In this document: positions 1 to 9,872 of the stretch, piece after piece
How positions within the stretch are numbered: the stretch's first letter is position 1
Layout of the letters: each line of letters opens with the position of its first letter
From: a virus
Lineage: Duplodnaviria > Caudoviricetes
Direction: 5' to 3' (one strand)
DNA length: 64,000 bases
IMG/VR virus record: IMGVR_UViG_3300020419_001132
Made by a program: the position numbers and the translations under genes
The notes under the pieces: generated by a model
Told to the model about the DNA's origin: nothing
Databases searched by the model: none
What the model saw: only the letters and a program-made list of their open reading frames with translations

Positions 1-1301
1 TGATTAACTGGAGCATATAGTGAATCATAAATATTTGAACATGCACTAACTATTGAACTTCCAGGTGCCCATATTTGCACCCTTGCACCTTTACTGCTAG
101 ATCCTCGTGGTCTATCTCTATATATTGAACCATCTAATTGTGCAGGTGAATCTATATTACCAACAATAAATGCATTATCGCTATGAGGACTGCTTCCTCT
201 ATGATAGTAATACGTAGTAGAACCAAAAACTACAGTATTATTATAATCAGTTCCTGTTGAAAGATCTCCTTTGTGATAATCGTTACCAGCCGCAATACAA
301 ACATGTATGCCATCTGATATCATATCATCTACTTCTGTATCAACAGAAGGTACCCTTAGTGGCACTCTCCTTGCTGTTCCGCCACTAACTAATTGTGTAA
401 CTATTCCTGTGCTTGTCCATAATATAGTATTATCTGAATAATCTGTAGGCCAAGTCCAACCTGTTCCTCTGTAGTTGCCACTTACTGGATCGCCAGAAAG
501 TGTGCTTCCATATCCCCAACTCATATTAACTATGGTAGGTCTTTTTACTCCTGTAACAGGATTTACAGGTTTATTATTATGCCATAGTCTAATAGTATCA
601 AATACATTAGACACACTGATTCCTGTGCCAGCGTCACCGGCTCCTTCTAAACCAGATACTTTCTGTGCGTATATAGCAGAATTTTTTGCCCAACCATATG
701 TTTTTCCAGCCGATATTCCTGCACAATGGGTACCATGTCCGTCATGATCTCTATAATGATTTACGTTTTGTGTACCTGTTACGCCGCTTTCAGTGTACCA
801 ATCTATTTGTCGTAATCTAGAGCCTCCTTGCTCGTCAAGCCACTCCGGGTGTCCAACTTGTATACCACTATCTTGTATTACAACATCTACTCCGTCACCG
901 TCAACAGCATATTCAAATTTATTTGTTCCTGCTGTACTGCTATTACCATATTCGTTTTCTTCCCAGTTGCAACGTCTTAATCCCCAATTTACTAAATTAG
1001 AAGTTAATGTTCCAGGTTTTGTAAATTCACTTGTTTGTGTTTTACGTAACTCTATACTAATATCATCTCTTTGTTCTGGTGGAATTTCCACAGATAGTAT
1101 TCTTGAATCTGCAGATAAAGCAGATGCTTCGTCTTCTGTTAATGCAAAATGCGTTTGTCTAGTACTACCAGGACGTGGATTTACTATGTCTACTTTTCTT
1201 GATGGTATGGGTCCAGAACCTGAAGTTGCTGTAAGTTCTGTTTCAATGTCTGCTAAATCAGATCTATCTTTTACAATTACTGTGTATTCTTTTTCACTCA
1301 T
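1..1301 (-). CDS. Subtilisin-like (S8) serine peptidase, partial (runs off the left edge; absent from the ORF track)
   Basis: Manual translation from ATG at 1301 (TAATG overlap with upstream stop): MSEKEYTVIV...VVIQDSG (Asp)...HDGHGTHCAG (His)...VNMSWG...IAAGND (oxyanion Asn). No stop before position 1; catalytic Ser would lie outside the window. Confidence 0.9.
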   Translation of the reverse strand, partial: MSEKEYTVIVKDRSDLADIETELTATSGSGPIPSRKVDIVNPRPGSTRQTHFALTEDEASALSADSRILSVEIPPEQRDDISIELRKTQTSEFTKPGTLTSNLVNWGLRRCNWEENEYGNSSTAGTNKFEYAVDGDGVDVVIQDSGIQVGHPEWLDEQGGSRLRQIDWYTESGVTGTQNVNHYRDHDGHGTHCAGISAGKTYGWAKNSAIYAQKVSGLEGAGDAGTGISVSNVFDTIRLWHNNKPVNPVTGVKRPTIVNMSWGYGSTLSGDPVSGNYRGTGWTWPTDYSDNTILWTSTGIVTQLVSGGTARRVPLRVPSVDTEVDDMISDGIHVCIAAGNDYHKGDLSTGTDYNNTVVFGSTTYYYHRGSSPHSDNAFIVGNIDSPAQLDGSIYRDRPRGSSSKGARVQIWAPGSSIVSACSNIYDSLYAPVN

Positions 1302-2905
1302 TATGTTACCTTGTATATCACTAGAAATACTTTGGCGTCTACACCACCACCTGTGTCATCTTCTACTTTTACTCTAATTTGTGATGTGCTTGGTTTTGAA
1401 ATTGTAACCATATGACCTGAAGTCTTATCCTGAATTGTTGCTAGTACCTGAAAATCATCTACAGTAGCTCCAAGAGCAGATGTAAAACTTATAGTTATAT
1501 CTCCTGTTCCATTATCAGTAAAGCCATTTGCTCCGCCACCTGAGAAACTTCTAACAGTTTGATCTAACACGCCCATTTTGAAAGGTGCTGGAAAACTGTT
1601 CATAAACACTCCGTCGGGTGCTTTTATTGTTAATGTTGTAGCACTATCTATCTCCGGAGCACCAGCTCCTGTGTTTACAAATTCTCCTGCATATATGCTG
1701 TTTGAAGCTCTTATATCATTCTCAACATTTAGGTCACTGCTCATTGTCACAGCCGGCGTAATAGTAATACCACTACTATCAGCAGTATCTAATGTGCTAC
1801 CTACAAATGTAAAGTTTCCACCAGCGGCATCTGTGATTCCGTATCCAGATACAGTTGTTGGAGTTCCATCAATTGCTGTCCAAGGAACTTTACCAGTACT
1901 TGAATTTACAATAACTGACGAATCATCAGCAACAATATTAATCCTATAATTGCTACCCTCTACTATACCTAAGCCTCCGCCTTCGCCGAAACTAAAATTA
2001 CCATTGCCATCTGTTTTTAATACTTGACCTGCTGTTCCGTCTACTATGCTTAAATCCGTTAATGATGTTACAGCGGCAGGAATAGTTGGTTTGTTAGTTA
2101 AATTATTATAATCTAATGATAAATTACCTGTGCTTGGTTGAACCCATTGGCTTCCGTCTGGATCTGTATAGTAAACATATAATATACCTGTTGTACTATT
2201 AAACCAAATTGCTCCGTTTGACGGACTACTCGGTGCTGTATCACTTACACTAATACTTGCACCACCACTTCCACTTCCGGGATTACTACAAGCAATACTG
2301 TTACCCATATTTAGATGCTGTTGACACCAATAATATAGTGTAGTAGGTGTACTGCTAGTAACAGTTATTTGGACACTTCGCTGTGTAGCACCTGTAAACT
2401 TGCTCCAGTATACAGCTTGTGTTACTACATCATTATCAAGTTTATATAGCACATTTGTAGTATAACTTGTTCCTCCACCTAGTAATCCGTTAGCATTATC
2501 TGCACTGAAGTTCAACGGATGTTGATTAATTGTTCCTCCATCGGGATTTGGATAGTAAACATTTGTTTGATCACTTTGGTCAAAGACATAAGTGTAGCCT
2601 ACAACTAAACTTAATTCAGGCTTGTAACTTCCATCTATAAAATATTTATTTCCACTATCTGCTCCTTGTGCAGAACCTACTGTAACTGCATATGTAACAA
2701 CTGAAACTCCGCTAATACTTAGTTTTTCCTGGATATTTAGATCAGTTATAACCGTTGTGCCTCCGGTTAACTTACCACTGTAAAGACGTAAGGTGTCTGC
2801 TTGTTGATCGTAAAAGACCTCTCCACTACTACCAACATTACGATCAAGAAAATCGTCGGGTCTTGGTATAATTCTTACCCTATCAAATATAGCACTTGTT
2901 GTCAT
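1301..2905 (-). CDS. Virion fibre/structural protein with a cupredoxin-like motif (534 aa)
   Basis: Thr/Gly/Ser-rich; HPLNFS...LYYWCQQHLNMG motif; fibre-type segments (PSSPSNGAIWFNSTTG, GTAGQVLKTDGNGNFSF). Confidence 0.7.
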   Translation of the reverse strand: MTTSAIFDRVRIIPRPDDFLDRNVGSSGEVFYDQQADTLRLYSGKLTGGTTVITDLNIQEKLSISGVSVVTYAVTVGSAQGADSGNKYFIDGSYKPELSLVVGYTYVFDQSDQTNVYYPNPDGGTINQHPLNFSADNANGLLGGGTSYTTNVLYKLDNDVVTQAVYWSKFTGATQRSVQITVTSSTPTTLYYWCQQHLNMGNSIACSNPGSGSGGASISVSDTAPSSPSNGAIWFNSTTGILYVYYTDPDGSQWVQPSTGNLSLDYNNLTNKPTIPAAVTSLTDLSIVDGTAGQVLKTDGNGNFSFGEGGGLGIVEGSNYRINIVADDSSVIVNSSTGKVPWTAIDGTPTTVSGYGITDAAGGNFTFVGSTLDTADSSGITITPAVTMSSDLNVENDIRASNSIYAGEFVNTGAGAPEIDSATTLTIKAPDGVFMNSFPAPFKMGVLDQTVRSFSGGGANGFTDNGTGDITISFTSALGATVDDFQVLATIQDKTSGHMVTISKPSTSQIRVKVEDDTGGGVDAKVFLVIYKVT

Positions 2906-2924
2906 TTAAATCTCCAGCTATACA

Positions 2925-2932
2925 TATTTATT
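2925..2932 (-). promoter_or_regulatory. T4-type late promoter-like motif AATAAATA
   Basis: TAAATA core ~20 nt upstream of the 2905 start, ahead of a GGAG RBS. Confidence 0.55.
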
Positions 2933-2974
2933 CAAAAAAGTTTTCTACTATGATAATATCAAATAAGTAGTAGT

Positions 2975-3586
2975 ATGAAGAAAGTTAATATTTTTCCTAC
3001 ACCTATTTATGAATTCCACAATAGTGACATAGATAATGACGATATTGTAGAAAAACTATCTAAGGAAACGCTTAGAGAGCATACTGCACTTAGCTCATTG
3101 GAAGATTTGCACACTAAAGAAGGATATGAGGACTTATTTTTATGGTTTGACGAATGTTTAGACAAAATACACAAAGAAATGCGTTATGACTGTGATAAAA
3201 TAACAATTACTAGTAGTTGGTGTAATAAACAATATGCCCAGTCAGGAATGTATCATTCTCCCCATAAACATACAATGAGCATGTTAAGTGGAGTATACTA
3301 CTGCACTCATGGCGCACCTACATGCTTTCAAGATCCTGTAACACAACGCACAGAAGCACAAATAGAAGTACTACAACACGATTTTACACCTTTTGAATAC
3401 ATAGAAGCTGTGCCAGGAAAACTTATTATCTTTCCAAGTTGGATGTATCATTCTACAACTAGAAGTGTAGAAGAGGTTGATAGATGGAGTATAGCATTTA
3501 ACACATTTCCTGATGGAAAAATAAACTATAATATTGCAAGAGATAGTGTAGTAACACTAAAAGTAGGACAACAAGCTATTAAATGA
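2975..3586 (+). CDS. Fe(II)/2OG oxygenase, TIGR02466-like
   Basis: HKH...GKLIIFPSWMYH...RWSIAFN (HxH...H...R). Confidence 0.85.
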   Translation: MKKVNIFPTPIYEFHNSDIDNDDIVEKLSKETLREHTALSSLEDLHTKEGYEDLFLWFDECLDKIHKEMRYDCDKITITSSWCNKQYAQSGMYHSPHKHTMSMLSGVYYCTHGAPTCFQDPVTQRTEAQIEVLQHDFTPFEYIEAVPGKLIIFPSWMYHSTTRSVEEVDRWSIAFNTFPDGKINYNIARDSVVTLKVGQQAIK

Positions 3587-5055
3587 TTAAAACTATTACT
3601 ATATTAGGTGGAGGTACAGCAGGGCTTATTTCTGCACTAATGTTACGATCTACATTTCACTCTTTAAAAATTACAATAGTTGAATCTAGCGAATATGGTA
3701 TAGTAGGTGTAGGAGAAGGAAGTACCGAGCATTGGGTAGGATTTATGGAACATTGTAATATTAGTGTTCAGGAGTTAATAAAAGAAACAGGTGCTACCTA
3801 CAAGACAGGAATAAATTTTCAAGATTGGAACGGTGTTGGCACATGCTATTGGCATAGTTTAGCTGAAAATGTTTTTGAACAAGATAGTCAAACTGGTGTT
3901 TATGCAAATTTAATAAAACAAATAGCAGACAATAGTGATCCATTAGATTCTGTGTTACCTACAGCATTAAAATCTATGCATACAGAACCTTTCCATAAGA
4001 GCTTTGCCCAATATCATTTTGATACAAACAAGCTAAACACTTTTTTACACAAGTTATGTATGGATAGAAATATTCAAATTGTAGACGACATTGTTGAAAA
4101 TGTTACATTAAGGGACGGTTTTGTTACACATTTGGTAGGTAAAAAGCAATCTTATACTTCAGACTTTTTTATTGATTCAAGCGGATTTAGGAGAGTTATA
4201 GATACTAAGTTACAAGGTACTTGGATAGATTGTAAAAAACAACTTCCTATGAATTCTGCTTATGCGGCGCCTAGTCCTTACGAGGAAAATATTCCGTCAC
4301 ACACGTTAGCAAAAGCATTAAGCTCAGGATGGATGTGGCGTATTCCTACACAGGATCGTTTTGGAAATGGTTATGTATATTGTGATGATTTTATAAGTGA
4401 CGATGACGCTGAAATAGAATTTAGAAATCAGTTTCAACATGACATAAAAATAGCAAAACATATTAAGTTCAATGCAGGATACGTTGATCAGTTTTGGAAT
4501 AAAAATTGTTTAAGTGTAGGACTATCCGGAATGTTTGTAGAGCCTTTAGAAGCAACAAGTATTGGATTTACTATACAACAGATGTTTAGTTTTTGTTCTG
4601 GTATACTTAATTGGAACAATCAAAATCAAATCCCTGCAAAAACATATAACTCCGATTTCAAGAAGGTAGCTGAAAACATTATCGACTTTGTCCAACTACA
4701 CTATATTACAAAAAGGAATGACACAGAGTTTTGGAAGTGGGTAAATACTGGGATACAATTGACAGACTTTAACAAAGAAAATTTAGAAAATTTTAAAAGT
4801 ACGCTACCTGGAAGATATAATTTCAATTATAACTATACCATGTTTAAGGAGTTAAATTGGTTACAAATTATGCACGGACTAGGTATGTTTAACATAGAAA
4901 AAATAAACAAATTATTTTATGACAATCTATATCATACTATTCCTTTTATTAAGCAACATAAAGAGCAACAAGAATATTATAGACGCCAAAACACCTATGT
5001 TCTACATAGGCAGGCCTTAAATACTATTTTAGAAAGAGAAACACATGCATATTAA
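3583..5055 (+). CDS. Flavin-dependent halogenase (PrnA/tryptophan halogenase family)
   Basis: GGGTAG, GVGEGS, ATYK (catalytic Lys), GWMWRIP (WxWxIP), FVEPLEATS. Confidence 0.93.
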   Translation: MIKTITILGGGTAGLISALMLRSTFHSLKITIVESSEYGIVGVGEGSTEHWVGFMEHCNISVQELIKETGATYKTGINFQDWNGVGTCYWHSLAENVFEQDSQTGVYANLIKQIADNSDPLDSVLPTALKSMHTEPFHKSFAQYHFDTNKLNTFLHKLCMDRNIQIVDDIVENVTLRDGFVTHLVGKKQSYTSDFFIDSSGFRRVIDTKLQGTWIDCKKQLPMNSAYAAPSPYEENIPSHTLAKALSSGWMWRIPTQDRFGNGYVYCDDFISDDDAEIEFRNQFQHDIKIAKHIKFNAGYVDQFWNKNCLSVGLSGMFVEPLEATSIGFTIQQMFSFCSGILNWNNQNQIPAKTYNSDFKKVAENIIDFVQLHYITKRNDTEFWKWVNTGIQLTDFNKENLENFKSTLPGRYNFNYNYTMFKELNWLQIMHGLGMFNIEKINKLFYDNLYHTIPFIKQHKEQQEYYRRQNTYVLHRQALNTILERETHAY

Positions 5056-6550
5056 TTCGCTTGTAATACTAGGTGGTGGAACAGCAGGCCTTATTTCTGC
5101 ATTGATGGCTAAACACAGCTTTCCACATTTAAAAGTAACTGTAATAGAGTCAAAAGAAATAGGAATAATAGGAGTTGGCGAAGGTTCTACAGAGCAATGG
5201 CAGACATTTATGAATCATATAGATCTAAATGCACAAGATTTGCTTATGAATACTGGCGCTACATACAAGATTGGAATAAAATTTACTAACTGGCATGGAG
5301 ATAATACTGCATACTGGCACAGTTTAGCTGAATGGATGGGTGCCCGAGATAACAGGAATGGAACATACTTTATGTTTCAAAAGTTTATAAGTGAAGGGTA
5401 TGAAAATGAAGTATCTGTCTCTGATACTTATAAGGAAAATAGGCATACTGCTCCTTATGATACAGAAACAAATCAATGGCACTTTGATACAAATAAATTA
5501 AATAGTTATTTTCATCATCTTGCCAAATACAAAGGTGTCATTTTTGAAGATGATACCGTACAAGATGTTATATTAGACAATGAAGGCTTTGTATCTTCTT
5601 TAGTAGGAAAACAAGGACAAAAATATGAAGCAGATTTTTTTATAGACTGTAGCGGTTTTAGAAGAGTAATAGCAAGTAAACTCAATACTAAGTGGATAGA
5701 TTGTAAAAAGCAACTTCCTATGAATAGTGCTATTGCATTTCCTACAGGATATGAAGAGGACATTCCTTCGTATACTGAATCAACTGCACTTAGCAGTGGG
5801 TGGACTTGGCGTATTCCTACTCAGGAACGTTTTGGAAACGGATATGTATACTGCGACGACTTTATTAGTGACGATGATGCATTTAAAGAAGTGTCTATGA
5901 GGCACAAGGAAACTATAGAAATAGGTAAAAAAATTAAATTTGGCGCAGGGTATGTAGATAAGTTTTGGAATAAAAATTGTATATCTATGGGGTTAGCAGG
6001 CATGTTTGTAGAACCTTTAGAGGCAACAAGTATTGGAAGTACAATAGAACAAGGTTTCGGATTTCTTACTAGTATTCCTTATTGGAGTAGGCATGATACT
6101 ATACAAGAAAAACAATATAATAAAGTATTTAAGGAAGTAGCTGAAAATATAATATCTTTTGTACAAATACATTACATTACAGAACGTAGAGATAGCGAAT
6201 TTTGGCGTTGTGTAAACAATGATTTACAACTAACCGAATTCAATAAAGAATACTTAGAGTCATTTAAGCAACACATGCCAAGTTTAAATATGTTTACTAA
6301 TGATTTTATATTGTTTAAATGTGTAAATTGGACACAGGTAATGTGGGGTCTTAGAATGTATAATGATAGGGAACTAATAAAACAAAACTATAACAAACAT
6401 TTTTCTTATATGAATGATTGGTTCGAAAAAGAAAAAGCCTGGAGACCAAAAGTAGCACTAAAGCATCGAGAGTGTCTTGCAAAGATTATGAAAGGCGAAG
6501 ATTGTCAGCACGTAAATTATGATCGTAGCACTGATCCTAATTTTAATTGA
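5045..6550 (+). CDS. Flavin-dependent halogenase, tandem paralog of 3583..5055
   Basis: GGGTAG, GVGEGS, ATYK, GWTWRIP, FVEPLEATS; long shared peptides (WIDCKKQLPMNSA, IPTQxRFGNGYVYCDDFISDDDA). Confidence 0.93.
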   Translation: MHINSLVILGGGTAGLISALMAKHSFPHLKVTVIESKEIGIIGVGEGSTEQWQTFMNHIDLNAQDLLMNTGATYKIGIKFTNWHGDNTAYWHSLAEWMGARDNRNGTYFMFQKFISEGYENEVSVSDTYKENRHTAPYDTETNQWHFDTNKLNSYFHHLAKYKGVIFEDDTVQDVILDNEGFVSSLVGKQGQKYEADFFIDCSGFRRVIASKLNTKWIDCKKQLPMNSAIAFPTGYEEDIPSYTESTALSSGWTWRIPTQERFGNGYVYCDDFISDDDAFKEVSMRHKETIEIGKKIKFGAGYVDKFWNKNCISMGLAGMFVEPLEATSIGSTIEQGFGFLTSIPYWSRHDTIQEKQYNKVFKEVAENIISFVQIHYITERRDSEFWRCVNNDLQLTEFNKEYLESFKQHMPSLNMFTNDFILFKCVNWTQVMWGLRMYNDRELIKQNYNKHFSYMNDWFEKEKAWRPKVALKHRECLAKIMKGEDCQHVNYDRSTDPNFN

Positions 6551-7146
6551 TCTTGTAATTCTTCCTCAACAAACTCACTTTTATAACCAAATGGTAATCC
6601 TAACTTAGGTCTACCATCATAGATTAAATCTGCGTTTTCACCATTAACATCAACATATTGAATAAAAACTTGAATTTGTTCATCACCTTCATATGGTCCT
6701 TCTCTCCAATGAGAAAATTTTGCTCCACTGTATACTAACATATCACCAACAGAAAGATCTGCACATAATGGATTATCACTGTCAGGTCCGTCTGCACATA
6801 GAAACCATGGTGTATTTCCTTTTTCTAAACATATAGATACGCTAAATTCACTACTACGTCGATCAAAGTGTTTGTTGAGTCTTGCTCCTGGTCTATATAT
6901 TCTTCCGTAAGAGTAAGATGGTGCTAGTTCTTTGTCTACAAGTTTTTCAATAATTGGCTTAACTGTTAAACTTAAAGCTTCAAGACATGGTGGACAGTAA
7001 GCATTATAACTGTCACCAAATTCTGGTTCTTGTCGTATAGATTGTGGGTCTAGCTCTTGTATAACACCTTCCATTATTCTCATTTCTGTACTAATAAATT
7101 TACATAATTCTTCGCTTACCTGTTTACATAAAATTACTGGATTCAT
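6517..7146 (-). CDS. Fe(II)/2OG oxygenase (prolyl-hydroxylase-like)
   Basis: YSYGRIY...LNKHFDR...GDMLVYSG...HWRE. Its 3' end overlaps the convergent halogenase by 34 bp. Confidence 0.85.
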   Translation of the reverse strand: MNPVILCKQVSEELCKFISTEMRIMEGVIQELDPQSIRQEPEFGDSYNAYCPPCLEALSLTVKPIIEKLVDKELAPSYSYGRIYRPGARLNKHFDRRSSEFSVSICLEKGNTPWFLCADGPDSDNPLCADLSVGDMLVYSGAKFSHWREGPYEGDEQIQVFIQYVDVNGENADLIYDGRPKLGLPFGYKSEFVEEELQDQLKLGSVLRS

Positions 7147-7415
7147 ATGCTTATTCCTTTTGATTTTTCTATAGCATCTATAATCTCATCTGAACGTACA
7201 CATTTTACTGATTGTATTTTTCCTGGTGGCATACCTTTATAGTCACTCAAAAGGTTTGCAACTAATCCGGGGTAGACGGCTGGATCGGTTATATCAGCTT
7301 GACACAATACTTCCTCTTGGTAAAAAGGTTGAGCAAATACATACATATTTTTTGTACCGTCTGCATTTAGACCGGAAAAAGTAACAACAATCATGAATAC
7401 TATCTCTTTTATCAT
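7143..7415 (-). CDS. Hypothetical protein with hydrophobic N-terminus (90 aa)
   Basis: ATGA-coupled to neighbours; signal/TM-like MIKEIVFMIVVTFSG; two Cys. Confidence 0.65.
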   Translation of the reverse strand: MIKEIVFMIVVTFSGLNADGTKNMYVFAQPFYQEEVLCQADITDPAVYPGLVANLLSDYKGMPPGKIQSVKCVRSDEIIDAIEKSKGISI

Positions 7416-7939
7416 ATCGGCATTAGGCTGAACTGTTGATAGGGAAAGTCCGGCTCCTCATGTATATCAAAACCAAGGGTAATTCTTGGTGTTGTAAACG
7501 GTTCTATAACTTCAACCTTATGCATTCTATTACCAGGTCCAATGTAAATATTTCCTAATTCGTTCTTTATTTTATAATTATCAAAAACTGTTTCTGTATT
7601 TTTAGGATCAATAGAAATATACCCATGGTATGGCCATTCGTGATTATGCCAGTCTAAAACTTCTTCTGGTTTGTGGAAGTTTAACCAACTTTGCATCCAT
7701 AATGGATTCTCATGTCCAATAAATTCTCTAATATATTTTTTTAATTCTACTAATAAATCGTACCATAAAGGACTAGGTGAAGTAGCACAGAATATATTAT
7801 AAAGGTTGTAAGACCAAGTACTATCTTTTTCCGGAAAAGACTTTTTAAAAAATTCATGTACAGCATATAAATCAGTTATCATTTGTCCACTGTATTTGAC
7901 AATGAGTTCTGATTTATATACCTTATAATCACATGACAT
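7412..7939 (-). CDS. Fe(II)/2OG oxygenase (HxH type)
   Basis: WLNFH...LDWHNH...MHKV...RITLGFD. Start moved to ATG 7939 (MSCDY), overlapping the upstream stop. Confidence 0.8.
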   Translation of the reverse strand: MSCDYKVYKSELIVKYSGQMITDLYAVHEFFKKSFPEKDSTWSYNLYNIFCATSPSPLWYDLLVELKKYIREFIGHENPLWMQSWLNFHKPEEVLDWHNHEWPYHGYISIDPKNTETVFDNYKIKNELGNIYIGPGNRMHKVEVIEPFTTPRITLGFDIHEEPDFPYQQFSLMPI

Positions 7940-8540
7940 TTTGCATTCTCGCAAAATTAATATTTAATAGTATTCTGTAAGGTGTGTGTTTATTTGGACT
8001 ACTAGAATGATAATAAAATCCTGGAAATGCAACAATCTTTCCTTGCTTTGGTGTAATTTTATGCTTTACTGTAAACTTTGTGTTAGTTACATAGTCTTGA
8101 TCGTTGGTATCATATTCTTTATTTGTTTCATTAAAAATATAAGTTTCTCCTGAACTATCATTTAGATAATAAATTACATTCCAGTGTTCGTACCAAGAAT
8201 CAATATGCGGTAAATGATGTTCTTGTGGATTATCTCTTACACGTTCATTTAAGTTTAATCTCATTCTTTCTAAACTATTGTTAGGAAATAATTCTAAATC
8301 TTGTATTGTCATCACTAACGGATGGAATATATCAAACATTGGACTTATAATTTTTTGTTCCTCAAATAAAAAGTGATTCCATCCAACAGGATTATAATCA
8401 CTATCTTTTGTAAACATATCTGATGAAACTTGATGTTTATTTAAGTACCAAGGAAATTGTTTATCTGTAACTCTTTCTAAAAGAGTTTTTTGGTATGTTT
8501 TTCCTATAACATTTTCTATTTCAATTATATCATCTGTCAT
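7929..8540 (-). CDS. Fe(II)/2OG oxygenase
   Basis: PHID...IYYLNDSSGETYIF...YYHSSS...RILLNIN; GGAGG RBS before ATG 8540. Confidence 0.85.
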   Translation of the reverse strand: MTDDIIEIENVIGKTYQKTLLERVTDKQFPWYLNKHQVSSDMFTKDSDYNPVGWNHFLFEEQKIISPMFDIFHPLVMTIQDLELFPNNSLERMRLNLNERVRDNPQEHHLPHIDSWYEHWNVIYYLNDSSGETYIFNETNKEYDTNDQDYVTNTKFTVKHKITPKQGKIVAFPGFYYHSSSPNKHTPYRILLNINFARMQNVM

Positions 8541-8541
8541 A

Positions 8542-9240
8542 TTATCCTCCTGCATGGGCATAAAACACAAGAGTCAGTCTCGATGTTTCTTTACTGTTTC
8601 CAAAAAAGTTATCCGCACTATGCCAAGTTTTTGGATCAAACAAAACACATCTATTAAAAACATTATCTATATTAACACTAGGAGTAAAATAAGAACGTTG
8701 TTTATTTCTATGTTTTGTTGCTTGTTGTCTTTGTTCAGGTGTAGAATTTAAACAATCCTGTTGTATTAATTTATGATATTCTCCATACTCTTCTGATATT
8801 CTATCATCGTATAATGTTGTTCCTGAGTTTAACGGAGCGTTGCCATTAAGATATATAATACCTGTAATTGTTGTATCAGGATCGTCATCATGTACCCAGC
8901 CGTTAACAAAAGTTTCGTCTACCATAAAAAAAGAAGCATTTAAATAATAAAATCCTGTGTACATTGGTAACAATTCTAATAATCTTTCACCAAAAGAATC
9001 AAACAATCCTTTGTCGATTTCAGCTAATGGTGTTGATCTTTGTCCCGGATATGTAGTTACTGTTGCTGGATAATATTTTTGTTGTAGAGCAATATGCCTC
9101 CATAGATGTGGTTCAGGAAAAAAGTCTTCTATAATTCTAGTAGGAAACCTTGGAAATTTTTTTCTATTTTTTAAATCTAACTGATTAATTTTTGTAGATG
9201 CATTTACTGAACTTTGATCTATAAAATCTATATCTGCCAT
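8542..9240 (-). CDS. Fe(II)/2OG oxygenase (DUF6445-like)
   Basis: IIEDFF...YPGQRS...GWVHDDD...GIIYLN...FNRCVLFD...WHSA...RLTLVF. Confidence 0.85.
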   Translation of the reverse strand: MADIDFIDQSSVNASTKINQLDLKNRKKFPRFPTRIIEDFFPEPHLWRHIALQQKYYPATVTTYPGQRSTPLAEIDKGLFDSFGERLLELLPMYTGFYYLNASFFMVDETFVNGWVHDDDPDTTITGIIYLNGNAPLNSGTTLYDDRISEEYGEYHKLIQQDCLNSTPEQRQQATKHRNKQRSYFTPSVNIDNVFNRCVLFDPKTWHSADNFFGNSKETSRLTLVFYAHAGG

Positions 9241-9872
9241 TTAAATACTCCATTACAAAAAAAGACTAGAGTCATTCTTGCATCAGCAGACTCTTTACCA
9301 AAAAAGTTTTCTGCACTATGCCATTGCCTAGGATCAAACATAATACATCTGTTAAATCTTGATTCAGCTGTAATTGTTGTTTTAAAAAACGAACGCTGTT
9401 CTAATCTATGATTTCTAAATTTTTCTGGATCATCTCCACAGACATCTTGATGAAATATATCTGTATATTTCTGCATATTAACATCACCTTGTTGGTTATA
9501 TATTACTGTGCCAGATCCTTGAATAACAATATCATTCAAATATATTACACCTGCAAGGTCGTGTGATTCATCATCGTCATGCACCCAACCACTACCAAAG
9601 TTTTCAGGAATAATTTGAAAGGTCATGTCAGATGCAGTAAAGGAGTGAAATAAGCCAGATGCTTTTAACAACTTGCTTTCTATTGTTTCAACTAAGTCAG
9701 GATCTAAATCTTTTATCATAGGGGAACGTAATCCAGGCCAGGATCCTCTATCTCCTTTGTAATATTCTAATCCAATAGCATATTGTCTTACTAGTTGTGG
9801 CAATTCAAAAAAATCGTCTATAACTATAGTAGGGTGCAATGGTTTTTTCTGTTTTCCTTTAAAATTTCTCAT
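9228..9872 (-). CDS. Fe(II)/2OG oxygenase (DUF6445-like), tandem paralog of 8542..9240
   Basis: VIDDFF...WPGLRS...GWVHDDD...GVIYLN...FNRCIMFD...WHSA...RMTLVF. Start moved to ATG 9872 (TAATG overlap). Confidence 0.85.
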   Translation of the reverse strand: MRNFKGKQKKPLHPTIVIDDFFELPQLVRQYAIGLEYYKGDRGSWPGLRSPMIKDLDPDLVETIESKLLKASGLFHSFTASDMTFQIIPENFGSGWVHDDDESHDLAGVIYLNDIVIQGSGTVIYNQQGDVNMQKYTDIFHQDVCGDDPEKFRNHRLEQRSFFKTTITAESRFNRCIMFDPRQWHSAENFFGKESADARMTLVFFCNGVFKWQI

